Below, piece by piece: positions 38,768 through 48,976 of a DNA stretch of 64,000 bases. The position numbers were made by a program, and so were the translations under genes. The notes under the pieces were generated by a model. That model saw only the letters and a program-made list of their open reading frames with translations. It was not told where the DNA came from and ran no database searches. Origin of the DNA: a virus. The stretch's first letter is position 1, and each line of letters begins with the position of its first letter. The DNA lies in the IMG/VR virus record IMGVR_UViG_3300042691_032685, positions 5,530 through 69,529 of that record. One strand, written 5' to 3'.

Positions 38768-38935
38768 TGGTGTACCTCTAATCTTTTTATTTTACTATTT
38801 ATTTTCTTGCTCTTCTTGCTTTGGGGTAGGCTCTTGAGGATTGTTTTGTTCTTCTAAAAGCTTTTCCAGTAAAGACTGGGCTTTGGTTTGCGGATCTTCC
38901 ATAAATCTAAGGCGTTGTTTTTATTCTATAGCAAA

Positions 38936-41371
38936 TTATGGCTTGCCCTTATTGGCAATCTGATTCATAACATTGCCCCAATTGACACTCTTGCCTGCGT
39001 TGTTAATGGAGTTCAAGTAGTCCTGGAACAAACCGCCAATTACTTTTTGAGTCGCTTTAAAGACTTTTTCTTTATCCCATTGCTCTTCGTTTGTTGCTTT
39101 GATGCCAAGCAGTTTTGGATTGCGCTTTAAATAAGACTCAAACCAAACTGGGCCAGCGGATAGTACGCCTCCTCCCATGATTGTTTCACGTAATTGCGGG
39201 TTTGCAAAACGATGAGGAACCGGAACGCTATAAATACGATTCTGGCCGGGGATTAAAGTCGGCTTCCACCAAGGATAACGTTCTAAAGCTTGTTGAGCCA
39301 GATAAGAATCAATACTGCTTGACCCATACAGCCAAGAAACCATGTCTTCTACTTCCCCTGTAGATTTGTAATATGGACCTCCACTCCACATACCACTTAA
39401 AATCCACTCCTTTTCTTCTAATGGACCTTCTTCAAAGGGGTAAGGAAGACCCATCTTGTCAAGGATTTTCGTCAGAAGATTTTGGGCACCTTTGGCTGCT
39501 TCTGTAAGACCACCTGTTAATGCATCTTTGGCTTGTGCTGCTGAATAAAGTGCTGGGATGGCGTATTTAAGAACTTGAGATAGACCTGTTAATACCTGTT
39601 TGGCAATCGTTTCTGGGCTGGCGCCAAGAGCAATATCAATTGCAAATTCCTTCCTGGGAATACCCAGTTGCTCCATCGCATCTAAAACATCAGAAGCGCC
39701 AGGGAGACCAGCAGCATCTACCTTATAAGAGCCGCCTTGTCCACGGTCAAACATGTACACGCCAGGTTTTCCGGTGTACTTACCATCTTTAATCGTTGGA
39801 TTTCCGTCTTTATCTTTGGTATCTGTAATGCGCAAATTACCGTTTTGATCTTTATAAACAACCGCAGATTCTCCCATGGCCATTGCCACACGGTATTCAT
39901 CACCACCAGAAGCGCCACCTAAATAAACAGTAACGGCTTCTCCTGGTTTGAGACCGTCAATCTTGCTTTTGTTTTGTGGCTGGCTTAATAATTTATCTAA
40001 ACCAAAAAGGAATGGAAGGCCTACATCAGCCTCCGTGACCATATCTTTACCACTGTTAGTTAAATAATTCGTAAACCAAGTTGCTGGTTCACCTGTGACA
40101 ACATTCAATTGATCAAGACCCTGACCCAATCTGTCACCGATTGGTTTTATGTAATTGCTCCAGACATTACTGACAGAAGAGCCAAGGCCGGTCAATCCGT
40201 TTAAATAACCGCCTGTCTGCATCACAAAGTCAGACAAGAAAGAGGTTGCTGCTTTTTCTCTTTCTTCCTTTGGTAAAGAAGAAAAGGCAGATGTGGCTAC
40301 ATTGGCAACCTTATCAATTGTTTTGTCATCTGCTAAAGCTGTATCTGCAACAGATGAATTGAACCGTTGAATATCGTTGGCAGGAGCATTGACACTTTGT
40401 TGGATGCTCTGCTTCATTGCAGTAACACCCGTAAGGTTCTCTAAGTTTTGCTGAGAAGAAGTTGAAAGCTGAGAGATATTGATAGGAAGTGGGTTTGATT
40501 TAACCGGAGTGATAGATGTCGCCTGTGCTTCAAGTTTGCCAGTAGACGCTGGAGCAGAGACGGCAGTAACAGAAGAAGGTTGGAAATAAGATTGCTCAAC
40601 CTTCGTGTCATTAACAGCGGTAGTGTATTTATCCGTGTTAGCAAGAGAAGAACTTCCAGCTTGCTGTGCGGCAGCAATCGCTTGACTCTGTGCGTTACCA
40701 ATATTTTGCTTGAACGTATCGTAAATGGTCGGTGCAGAAGCAGATGCAACAACTGGCTTGCCAAGTAGATTGCTTAAGCTTGATTGCGCACCTCCTTGAA
40801 TTGATTTGGAAATATCTCCAATATATTGATCAAGAAATTTTGTTGAGGGGGCTCCAGGTTGTGGCGCTGCTTCTGTCGCTACTGTTGCAGAAGGGGTAGG
40901 TTGAGTAGATAAATCCTGAAGAGATTGACCAAAATAAGTCTTGGTTTGTTCCTCCAGAGTTTTGTAAGCTTCCGTATCAGTTGGGGTTTCCTGAGCCGTC
41001 TGCTTTAATTCCTGCAGAACTTCTTGCTGTTTCTGTTGGGCGCCTTGCTGGAGACTGCCAAGAAGCCCGCCCAGGAGGGATTGAGCACCTGAAACAGACG
41101 AACCCTTCTCAGCCTTAATTTCTTGCGTGGGTTGAGTTTCAATTGCCGTCAGAAGATCAGACTTGGTTTCCTCTTTGACAACAGGCGTCTCTTCTGAAAC
41201 GTATTTATCCAGGAAAGCGGTAGGTGTTTCCTTGGGCTCTGTCGTTTTTGCTTCAGTGGTTGTAGTTGTGGTTTCTTTATCTTCTTCTGTCTTTTTAGTA
41301 GGTACAACAATATCTTCTTCGTCATCCGCACCAGAAACGTAATTATCTAAAAACGCTGTTGCGGTCGCCAT
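38936..41371 (-). CDS. Large protein with low-complexity N-half and repeated FLDxY motifs
   Basis: 811-aa ORF, TAGAAT box upstream. Confidence 0.7.
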   Translation of the reverse strand: MATATAFLDNYVSGADDEEDIVVPTKKTEEDKETTTTTTEAKTTEPKETPTAFLDKYVSEETPVVKEETKSDLLTAIETQPTQEIKAEKGSSVSGAQSLLGGLLGSLQQGAQQKQQEVLQELKQTAQETPTDTEAYKTLEEQTKTYFGQSLQDLSTQPTPSATVATEAAPQPGAPSTKFLDQYIGDISKSIQGGAQSSLSNLLGKPVVASASAPTIYDTFKQNIGNAQSQAIAAAQQAGSSSLANTDKYTTAVNDTKVEQSYFQPSSVTAVSAPASTGKLEAQATSITPVKSNPLPINISQLSTSSQQNLENLTGVTAMKQSIQQSVNAPANDIQRFNSSVADTALADDKTIDKVANVATSAFSSLPKEEREKAATSFLSDFVMQTGGYLNGLTGLGSSVSNVWSNYIKPIGDRLGQGLDQLNVVTGEPATWFTNYLTNSGKDMVTEADVGLPFLFGLDKLLSQPQNKSKIDGLKPGEAVTVYLGGASGGDEYRVAMAMGESAVVYKDQNGNLRITDTKDKDGNPTIKDGKYTGKPGVYMFDRGQGGSYKVDAAGLPGASDVLDAMEQLGIPRKEFAIDIALGASPETIAKQVLTGLSQVLKYAIPALYSAAQAKDALTGGLTEAAKGAQNLLTKILDKMGLPYPFEEGPLEEKEWILSGMWSGGPYYKSTGEVEDMVSWLYGSSSIDSYLAQQALERYPWWKPTLIPGQNRIYSVPVPHRFANPQLRETIMGGGVLSAGPVWFESYLKRNPKLLGIKATNEEQWDKEKVFKATQKVIGGLFQDYLNSINNAGKSVNWGNVMNQIANKGKP

Positions 41372-41400
41372 TATTACATCGAGATTTAAGTATTTTTATT

Positions 41401-41583
41401 CTACTCTTCTACAACCATGTATCCTGCTGGGTCACTGACTTTGGAAATGACAATGCCTTCTCCTCGTACATCCCAATTCAGAACATCACCTTCCTGCCAG
41501 CCAAGCTCTTCGATGATCTCGTCTGGAAAAACAATGAATTGATCTCCGTTTTCGTCCTCTTGGACTTCAAGGATATAACTCAT
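41401..41583 (-). CDS. AbrB/MazE-like small protein
   Basis: IVFPDEIIEELGWQEGDVL. Confidence 0.65.
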   Translation of the reverse strand: MSYILEVQEDENGDQFIVFPDEIIEELGWQEGDVLNWDVRGEGIVISKVSDPAGYMVVEE

Positions 41584-41882
41584 TTTGACTCAAGTAATTT
41601 CTCCATTAGCTTATCAAGCTTATTATTGATTTGATTAAAATTATCATGCATCTGTTGAATTTCTCTTAAGAAGTCAACTTTAAGGACGTACTCCAACGGC
41701 ATTCGTTTTAGATCGTCTTCCAAAATGTCAATCCTTCTTTTCTGAGAACCAATATAATTAAAAGCTTGTTGGATTTGGTCGTTTTGCCTGCCGAGGATTT
41801 TTCCGGCTACCCAACTGCCACCGGTAACAGCGGATACTACGGCTGTCAAGCCGATTGCAATGTATTCGGGTCCCACGTCCAA
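41580..41882 (-). CDS. Membrane-anchored coiled-coil protein (holin/spanin-like?)
   Basis: N-terminal TM then heptad tail. Confidence 0.5.
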   Translation of the reverse strand: MDVGPEYIAIGLTAVVSAVTGGSWVAGKILGRQNDQIQQAFNYIGSQKRRIDILEDDLKRMPLEYVLKVDFLREIQQMHDNFNQINNKLDKLMEKLLESK

Positions 41883-41905
41883 AAAGCTTTTTTCTAATTC
41901 TAAAA

Positions 41906-43432
41906 TCAGTAATCAATATGCAATTGTCCTTTTCTCATTAAACCGGTAATTAACCAGACCAACGCATCAACACAGTCGTCGTGACTACTCACGCCAAAGT
42001 TTGTCATCTCTTCAAACATGGCTGTGAAATTACGATAACGATTAAAGAGAACTTTACGTTCTTCAAATAAACCCATCACACCACGGAAACGTGCGAGCTT
42101 ATCGGAGCGGAAGCCTTTGACTGGATGCCAGATCAAATTCCATAGGCCTTCACCGTTTAGGCAGACGCGCCTGAAGTCTGCTTCAAGGGATGCCTGGTAC
42201 TGAACTGCCTCACTCCAGATATCGCACGTTGAATGGGTTGGATAATACAAGCCGTTTTCATCCTTGCCAAGGATGGACCAGTCATTTAAAAGTTCTTTGA
42301 GTTGATCAAGTTTCTCAAGGTTACCCATGACGCGAATGCGCCTGTAATCAATGATGTGAATCTGATCTCCTATCCTTCCGCCAAGCACCATCACGGTGTA
42401 ATCATTCTTCTCTTTAGTACCAGCAGATAAGTCAACTCCTACTCCAAGAGCATCAAACTCAGTTGAAATTTCTGCTTTAACGATAAGTTCAGGCGCAAGC
42501 GACAACTCGTTTTGCCTGATGACTTGATTCATGTACTGGAAAGAAAAAGCAATCGGTGCCTGCCGTTTCTTTTCCTTGAGGTAATCAAGCGACCACATCT
42601 CAGGCCAATAAGACGTTTCTTCCCCTGTCTTGGGATCATTCAAGATGGCAGAAAGAACAATCTGCTGCCAATTGTTTTGTTCGTTGAACGTTGTTGCATG
42701 AATATCGTCATGCCTGAAGCGAGTACCAAGACAGATAGCCCTGGCGCCTTCAAACATAGTTGGTGCAATAACTGCGTTCCAGTTCTCCTGCATTTGTTTA
42801 CGAATGTCTGGGTTCGCAATATCAGCTGCAGATTTAATTGCGTCATCAATCATGACAAGATGAGAACGCTTGGATGTCACAGAACCTTTAAGGCCTGCAG
42901 CGCACAAAGTAAATTGTTCCTCACCTGTGGTATCAATGCCAGCAAATTTATGGTCAATTGACCAGTACTCATTGCTGGTTACATTTTTTAGCAACCTTAC
43001 CTTGGGAAAGACTTCTTGATACCGTTTGCTTTCAATAATGCGTTTAATTGTTGCTGATTTAGAACGTGCAATATCAACCGTATAAGACAGATAAAGAATC
43101 TGCAGAGGCTTCTGGGCATGTGTATGGATACCAATAGCCCATGCTGTCAATAAACCCAAGACTGTGGACTTTGCCGACCCACGAGGTGCGAGAAGATCAA
43201 CGTTTGGTCCAGCAATCTTAATAAGGCAACTACTATCTTCTTCAGTTACAAAATGCCTATGCCAATGTTTATGATGATTGGCAGGAGGTTTATCCGCCAC
43301 GTATTCACAAAAGAAGCCAAAGTCATCGCGTGCGCGTTGGATGCTTTCGGCGTTCTTTGCTGGACGTAACTGTTGTCTTTGTGCCGCTGCCCTAGCATTA
43401 CGACGGTATGCAAGGTGTTGATAAGCAGGCAC
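41906..43432 (-). CDS. terL: Terminase large subunit
   Basis: APRGSAKST Walker A, VMIDD Walker B, GTRFRHDD, GVDLS, HDDCVDA. Confidence 0.93.
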   Translation of the reverse strand: MPAYQHLAYRRNARAAAQRQQLRPAKNAESIQRARDDFGFFCEYVADKPPANHHKHWHRHFVTEEDSSCLIKIAGPNVDLLAPRGSAKSTVLGLLTAWAIGIHTHAQKPLQILYLSYTVDIARSKSATIKRIIESKRYQEVFPKVRLLKNVTSNEYWSIDHKFAGIDTTGEEQFTLCAAGLKGSVTSKRSHLVMIDDAIKSAADIANPDIRKQMQENWNAVIAPTMFEGARAICLGTRFRHDDIHATTFNEQNNWQQIVLSAILNDPKTGEETSYWPEMWSLDYLKEKKRQAPIAFSFQYMNQVIRQNELSLAPELIVKAEISTEFDALGVGVDLSAGTKEKNDYTVMVLGGRIGDQIHIIDYRRIRVMGNLEKLDQLKELLNDWSILGKDENGLYYPTHSTCDIWSEAVQYQASLEADFRRVCLNGEGLWNLIWHPVKGFRSDKLARFRGVMGLFEERKVLFNRYRNFTAMFEEMTNFGVSSHDDCVDALVWLITGLMRKGQLHIDY

Positions 43433-43462
43433 GGTATTAGGTATTCAATATGTTATTGAATA

Positions 43463-43813
43463 CTACATTACTTTTCGTCGGAACGGGTTTTCTTCTGTTC
43501 CTGGTACTTGCGAGCCTTGTCTAAAGCGGCCTTGCGCTTCTCCTTGTCCGACATCTCGCTGCCGTCCTCGTTCTTGGCCTCCTTCTTCTTGAAGTGCTCC
43601 AGGAGCTCCGGCGGCATTTTGTTCTTGCTCATTTTGTTTCTTATTACGAAGTGCGTTTAATACGCTTGCTCCTTCAGAAGCCGAACCCGCCATCGGCGAT
43701 GCAGAGGGATCAAATCCTTTACGTCGGTTCCTTTGAAGCTGTTGCACCAGCCCCATAAGGCCTCCCGCTAGGCGTTCATCTCCTGCTGGTATTGCCGGTA
43801 GATTAGGATTCAT
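43463..43813 (-). CDS. Hypothetical protein
   Basis: ORF with TAGAGT box upstream. Confidence 0.45.
   Translation of the reverse strand: MNPNLPAIPAGDERLAGGLMGLVQQLQRNRRKGFDPSASPMAGSASEGASVLNALRNKKQNEQEQNAAGAPGALQEEGGQERGRQRDVGQGEAQGRFRQGSQVPGTEENPFRRKVM
43468..43632 (-). CDS. 54-aa charged peptide nested in another frame
   Basis: MSKNKMPPELLEHFKKKEAK...; C/G-ending codon bias. Confidence 0.55.
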   Translation of the reverse strand: MSKNKMPPELLEHFKKKEAKNEDGSEMSDKEKRKAALDKARKYQEQKKTRSDEK

Positions 43814-43830
43814 TACTAACTAACTCTAAC

Positions 43831-44367
43831 TTAACCTTCTTCAAATTGAATTTTAGCCCAGACACTCATTGAAGCTTCTTCAAGAGGAATTTCAATTGGA
43901 TCGTCTTTAAAGATGAGCATTAATTCGCGGATAGATCGGTCTGCCCCAGCCAGGAGCAAGCCTTTCTTGTCGCGTCCAGAAGTGAATTGTTCAATCTGAG
44001 CAATCGTCCCACGAAGCTCTTTTTGCATGGAAGCAATACGAGCGACGCCTGCATCACGTTTAACAACACCGTTATCTACGTCTTCACGTAGCTTACGGAT
44101 GTCCTCTTGCATTTCATCGATTTCATACAAGAGTGTTTTCCTGTGATCAGGTTTTGGATACCTTTCTTTAATCCATAACTCACATGGAATGATGCTACCT
44201 CTATACCCAAGGAAACGGGCATAAAGATAACACTCAATAAATGAGTAAGTATCTTCGGCAAAGACAAGGAAAGCTTCCTGTTCAGCAGCTGTTAAGTTAT
44301 CGACCCACTGGTCAAATAACTCAATATCGATACGCTCGTTGGGCCTGACCGTAGTCTCTGGCTTCAT
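43831..44367 (-). CDS. Helical protein, candidate terminase small subunit
   Basis: Position upstream of terL, coiled coil; assignment by context only. Confidence 0.4.
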   Translation of the reverse strand: MKPETTVRPNERIDIELFDQWVDNLTAAEQEAFLVFAEDTYSFIECYLYARFLGYRGSIIPCELWIKERYPKPDHRKTLLYEIDEMQEDIRKLREDVDNGVVKRDAGVARIASMQKELRGTIAQIEQFTSGRDKKGLLLAGADRSIRELMLIFKDDPIEIPLEEASMSVWAKIQFEEG

Positions 44368-44569
44368 CCGATTGCTTGAACTGCTGAGCCTGTTCTGCAG
44401 ACGTGCGCTGTTCTTGGGCGCCTTTACCGATGGTTTCTCGTTCTTGTGCACCGGTATCCTCCAATTTCTTCTTAGAGAAACTATAAGCCACTTCCGCAGC
44501 TTGCTTGTACTTATCTAGATCAAACCAGTCATCAACATCGGTTTGACCTGTGGGCACGCTACTGGTCAT
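44321..44569 (-). CDS. Small virion-region protein (paralogue B)
   Basis: MTSSVPTGQTDVDDWFDLDKYKQ. Confidence 0.65.
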   Translation of the reverse strand: MTSSVPTGQTDVDDWFDLDKYKQAAEVAYSFSKKKLEDTGAQERETIGKGAQEQRTSAEQAQQFKQSDEARDYGQAQRAYRY

Positions 44570-44590
44570 GGCTTATACCTCTCTAAGAGA

Positions 44591-44770
44591 TCAGAAATTG
44601 CTCATCATGCTGGCAAGGCCTTGAGCAAAGATGTTGCGGCGGCTTTCCAGGGATTCCTGGCGCTTTTGGCGACCTTTGGAACCTTCCAGCTTATCGAGCA
44701 GTTGCTGGAACTTATCAATATCAAAATAATCTTCGGTACCGGATTGGCCGGTAGGAACAGAAGCGGTCAT
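44591..44770 (-). CDS. Small virion-region protein (paralogue A), 59 aa
   Basis: MTASVPTGQSGTEDYFDIDKFQQ; manual translation. Confidence 0.65.
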   Translation of the reverse strand: MTASVPTGQSGTEDYFDIDKFQQLLDKLEGSKGRQKRQESLESRRNIFAQGLASMMSNF

Positions 44771-44808
44771 GTTGATAACACTTGGTTATGTATCTATTTT
44801 AAACAGTA

Positions 44809-45501
44809 TTAACCGAAGGCAGCACCAAGTAAACCGTACATTGATCCAGCGAGTTGCATCTTGCCAATGCGCTCATCAGCGGCTGTACGAGCCCTGGTGG
44901 ACTCAAGGCCATACTTGCCAGTGGTCTCAGCTACATCACGCTGCGCTTGGGCCTCGATACCAGCAACGCGCTCAAGGCCTGCATTGATGATTGGCTGCAG
45001 ATCAAGTTTGCCTTTTACTTCGATGTTGGCAACGGCTTGACGCCATTCAGACTCTTTGTCAGCGCCGTATTTAACGCCCTGAAGACCAAGCTCGGAACCA
45101 TACCTTTGTGCGTCGGCATAAGCACGTGCAACTTCTTTATCAGCGTCGGCACGAAGGCCTGCAGCAGCTACAGAAGCATTAGCGCCAATACCAGCGGCTT
45201 GGACGCTGTAACCACCTTGAATGTGCGCAAGGTTCTCCTGAGCCCGTGCCAGGTTTTCAAAAATTGAAGTGTAGTCTCCGCCAAAACTTTCAGGTGCGTT
45301 GTATCCGCCGCCGCCAGGGGGAGAAGAAGGTGGTTCTGCTGCTTTATTTCTCCAGGTTAATGTATAACCTTTGTTTTGAGCAGTTTGCCTAAGATCAGAA
45401 CCTGTTGCATTTCCATACTGTTTATTGATTTGTTTAATTTCTTTTTTTGTAATGCCACCGCCTGATTGGTTGGCTTTTTTTAGGTCTTTCTTCCAGCCCA
45501 T
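44809..45501 (-). CDS. Putative internal/ejection protein
   Basis: Ala/Gly-rich helical, DNA-pilot-like composition. Confidence 0.55.
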   Translation of the reverse strand: MGWKKDLKKANQSGGGITKKEIKQINKQYGNATGSDLRQTAQNKGYTLTWRNKAAEPPSSPPGGGGYNAPESFGGDYTSIFENLARAQENLAHIQGGYSVQAAGIGANASVAAAGLRADADKEVARAYADAQRYGSELGLQGVKYGADKESEWRQAVANIEVKGKLDLQPIINAGLERVAGIEAQAQRDVAETTGKYGLESTRARTAADERIGKMQLAGSMYGLLGAAFG

Positions 45502-45510
45502 GGGTCTACC

Positions 45511-46182
45511 TCACGCGTTTTGTTTGTAGTTGATATTAAACGTATATTCGTTATTGTCGTTTCGCGGAATCATCTGCGCCATAGAGGAAGGATCAAACTT
45601 TGGAATGGCCTTGTAAAGATTCGTGATCCGCCCGGACTGATCTCGGGAAGGAGTTCCAAACATGTAAGAGAGCTGCTCTTGTTGTGGCGTCATGATCTTG
45701 CCAGAGGCAATCAAGTCCTGACGGAGCATGTCCTGGAAAGCCTGAGGACTACGGATGCCACGGGCCTTTGCACGATCTACAAAACTGCTATATTCGTCTC
45801 CCGAAAATCCAACGCCTGCCTGATTATAAATTTGATCAGCAATATCAAAATACGTGGGGCGGTTGTAATCAATATCTTTGCTATAGCTACGACCTAACGT
45901 TTTTTCAATAAACTTAGGATTCGAGAAGCGTCCGCGATAAGCCTCAAGAAAAGCTTCAGCACCTCCACGGTTGCCGCCTTCGGACATCCGTTTGAACTGA
46001 GACTTTAGGCTTTTTTTAAGGGATTTATCTGCTTTGATTTGGCCTAGGCCATACTCAGATAAAGCCTCCATCGTTGGTGATGGCTCATAAGTGGGGCCGC
46101 TGCCACCCATGCCACCAAACAAACTGCCGGCCAAGGAGCCGCCAATACCAGTTGCTAGTCCTCCAAGGATTGCGGGCAGCAT
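45511..46182 (-). CDS. Putative internal/ejection protein
   Basis: Gly-rich hydrophobic N-terminus. Confidence 0.55.
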   Translation of the reverse strand: MLPAILGGLATGIGGSLAGSLFGGMGGSGPTYEPSPTMEALSEYGLGQIKADKSLKKSLKSQFKRMSEGGNRGGAEAFLEAYRGRFSNPKFIEKTLGRSYSKDIDYNRPTYFDIADQIYNQAGVGFSGDEYSSFVDRAKARGIRSPQAFQDMLRQDLIASGKIMTPQQEQLSYMFGTPSRDQSGRITNLYKAIPKFDPSSMAQMIPRNDNNEYTFNINYKQNA

Positions 46183-46231
46183 TTAATACACCTGACTATT
46201 GCTCTTGTTTTTTATTTTAGCTGATTAGCAC

Positions 46232-46633
46232 TTACGAAACAAAAGCACCAAATCGGCCATAACGACCAGCCAGTTCTGGAAGGCCCTGCATCAAACGCTG
46301 TTGACGCATGTAAGGATCATTGACAGAAGCTTTGGCTGCCCACATGGGCGCATCTTTTTGACGGAAATAATCCATGTTGGATGCGAATAGATCTTTGCCA
46401 AAGTTGGCATCGAACATTGCATTTGCAGCAGCAAGTTGATTCTCGGCAGATTGCTGAGCGTTTGCTTGACCAATACCAGAAAACACAGCATTGGCAGCCG
46501 TAAGGAAGCCCAAGCCACCACCACCGCTTAAGAAGCTACCAAACCCACCGCCGCCACCACCAAGGGCACCAGCTGCACCAGGGGCAAGGTTGATGCCTTG
46601 GCCGGCAAGATCAAAACCCAACATTGGATTCAT
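46232..46633 (-). CDS. Putative internal/ejection protein
   Basis: Gly-rich N-terminus, T7 gp14-like composition. Confidence 0.5.
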   Translation of the reverse strand: MNPMLGFDLAGQGINLAPGAAGALGGGGGGFGSFLSGGGGLGFLTAANAVFSGIGQANAQQSAENQLAAANAMFDANFGKDLFASNMDYFRQKDAPMWAAKASVNDPYMRQQRLMQGLPELAGRYGRFGAFVS

Positions 46634-46643
46634 GATTTACTCC

Positions 46644-47117
46644 TCAAAGATTGATGTACTGACGATTTGCAAACTGGGTGCCAGGACGAATGCCTTGCGC
46701 CACAACTTCCATGGTTTCTGGGAAGTAACGATAACGCTCTGCCATGGCACGGGAGAATTGGTTAGGCAGATTCATGATGCCAGCAAAAACGTTGGCTTCC
46801 ATTGCACGCTTCTGTGCAGCGTCAGCCATCTCGTTCATCAAGCTCTTGAAGTATTCCCCTTGTTCTTTGATTGTTCCCATATCACTTTCTTGGGAACGTT
46901 GAAGAAGATTGATGGCCAGCGCACTACCAATTGGAGTAGACGTATCCACTCCAAGTTCATCCAGCTGTTCTTTAATTTTTTGCGTCTTGCTTGGTGCAGC
47001 TAAAGTTTCGCCGTACTTACCAGCAAGTTGGCCACTAATCTGAAAAGGTGTGGTACCTGTTACAGGACCACCTTTAAAGGCAGCAGCAGCATAATTGGGG
47101 AATTGATACTGTGCCAT
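46644..47117 (-). CDS. Putative internal virion protein
   Basis: ORF in operon. Confidence 0.55.
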   Translation of the reverse strand: MAQYQFPNYAAAAFKGGPVTGTTPFQISGQLAGKYGETLAAPSKTQKIKEQLDELGVDTSTPIGSALAINLLQRSQESDMGTIKEQGEYFKSLMNEMADAAQKRAMEANVFAGIMNLPNQFSRAMAERYRYFPETMEVVAQGIRPGTQFANRQYINL

Positions 47118-47122
47118 GGGAA

Positions 47123-47950
47123 TCAACCGAAGCGAATTTGAGGAGCCTGGAGAACAGAACCAGCGTAAGGAGCAGACGTTAAGGCAGTGCGCAGTGTGGC
47201 GCCAGTCTCAGCTTGTGCGCCTTGAGCCAATGCACCAGCGGTGGCAAGAACACCCAGCTGACTTTGCAGTTGACCTTGAGTATTCATCAAAGCTTGTTGA
47301 CGCACCAGCTCGCTATTCTTCATCTTCTCGATGAGAGGAATATTGCGCTGCAGATCGTAATACTGTTGATCCGAATAATGCTTCGAGAGATCCTTCATGG
47401 CACTGGTGTAAGTGCCCATCTGAGTACGATACTGCGTAGCACCAAGCTCGCCCATTTGCTGAGCCATTGCCATTTGAGTGGAGAACTCACCTTCTTTACC
47501 TTTGGTGGGTTCGCCCGTTGCTTTCTGACGAACAGACTCAGACGCCTGGGCAGCAACAGGAGCACCTAACATGCCACCGATGGTTGGCAAGACGGCACCA
47601 GCGATCTTGCCATAAGGACCAGGGAGCATCTTCGCGATGCCGGCGCCCAATGCTGCGCCACCAGCACCACCAGCTAATGCACCTAACGCACCCGTTGGAC
47701 GACCGGCTTGCGCTTCCTCTACCGCAGTCATGGTGGGAGCAATCATGCCGCCCAGTAAGCCAAGACGGCCAGTGGGAAGACCACCAAGAGTGTTGCCAAG
47801 TACGCTTAAACCTGCCTGCGCTTTCTCACCTGCTTTACCGGCAATGTCCTTGCCACGCGTCATGAAAGACTGAAGGAACTCCTGTCCAGAAGGGGCACCT
47901 CCTGCTTGCGCTCCTGGTGGGATAGGCCTACCGTATTGATCGACAAGCAT
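47123..47950 (-). CDS. Putative internal/ejection protein
   Basis: Gly-zipper hydrophobic helices. Confidence 0.55.
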   Translation of the reverse strand: MLVDQYGRPIPPGAQAGGAPSGQEFLQSFMTRGKDIAGKAGEKAQAGLSVLGNTLGGLPTGRLGLLGGMIAPTMTAVEEAQAGRPTGALGALAGGAGGAALGAGIAKMLPGPYGKIAGAVLPTIGGMLGAPVAAQASESVRQKATGEPTKGKEGEFSTQMAMAQQMGELGATQYRTQMGTYTSAMKDLSKHYSDQQYYDLQRNIPLIEKMKNSELVRQQALMNTQGQLQSQLGVLATAGALAQGAQAETGATLRTALTSAPYAGSVLQAPQIRFG

Positions 47951-47978
47951 TTTACTCGCCTTACTGTTGATTTATATT

Positions 47979-48974
47979 TTAGATTCTATCAGCACCCAAT
48001 GCTTCATATTGAGCAGAAGTTGGCATCGTTTGTTGTGTTGCTTTAGAAGCAAGTAAAGAGTTGGCAAGATTGCCAAGCATGACGCCACCAACTGATCCAG
48101 CAGCTGCACCAGCAAGACCACGACGGAAAGAATTACGAATTGTTGGTGCTGTACGAATAGCCGCCGCTGCGCCAGCAACGCCGCCTACCGCAGCCGTAAC
48201 GGCAGGAACAGTTACCGGATAACCAAGCATCCTGGCCTCAGGTACACCTTCTAAATTCTCAGGTGTAAATTTAACAACACCAAGAAGACCTTTGTCTTGG
48301 TATTAATTACGGAGATAATTACCGTAACGTTCTGGGGTTAAAGAAGGGATATCTTGTTTTGCAGTTTCATAGTTCAATGGACGACCAGTGCGTCCTAAGA
48401 AAAAGCGCTCAAAGAGTTCTGGTACTGGTTGAGAAGTTTCTCTACGATCTTCTGAACCTTCTTCTGCATAAGCTTGTGCAAAACCCTTTGGCCTAAACAT
48501 CTCACCTGGATTGAAAATGTTATAGGCACCAGCAGCTGCTGTTGCTGGTACGGTGATTGCCGCCGCAATTAAACCTGTTTTTGCTGGGCCAAGCTCTTCG
48601 TAAGCTTCCTTGCCAATCGCCTTCTTCGCACCTGCTTCAAAGATGGCAAGCGGATGGTTGTATCGCCAATAGATGCCACGCGTTCCATCATTGGTTAAGT
48701 CGGTCATTAACCGCGTACCTAAGGCCCCCATCGCCTCCACGGGGGTTTCAGAGAACGAGACACCTAATGAACGCAGTTCGTCGTGGTAGCGCCCACGGAG
48801 ACCTGGGATCTCTTTTAAGACACTGGGGTTGCGTTCAATTTTTTGGTTAAACTCGGGCGGTAAATCTGGATTGTATAAAGCAGCACGTTTACTAGCTTCT
48901 GCACTTGCGCGAGCACCTGTTTTAAGTTTCTCCCCAACAGAAGTAACTTTATTTAGAAATTCTTGAAACGCCAT
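47979..48974 (-). pseudogene. Virion-region gene interrupted by a single in-frame TAA at 48303-48305
   Basis: Frame continues NYLRN*YQDKGLLGVVKFTPENLEGVPEARMLGYP into ORF 47979-48230. Confidence 0.7.
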
Positions 48975-48976
48975 TT

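Noticed and set aside
48303-48305. Genome-wide stop-codon reassignment
   Set aside because: TAA, TAG and TGA all terminate well-defined genes elsewhere; only this one interruption was found
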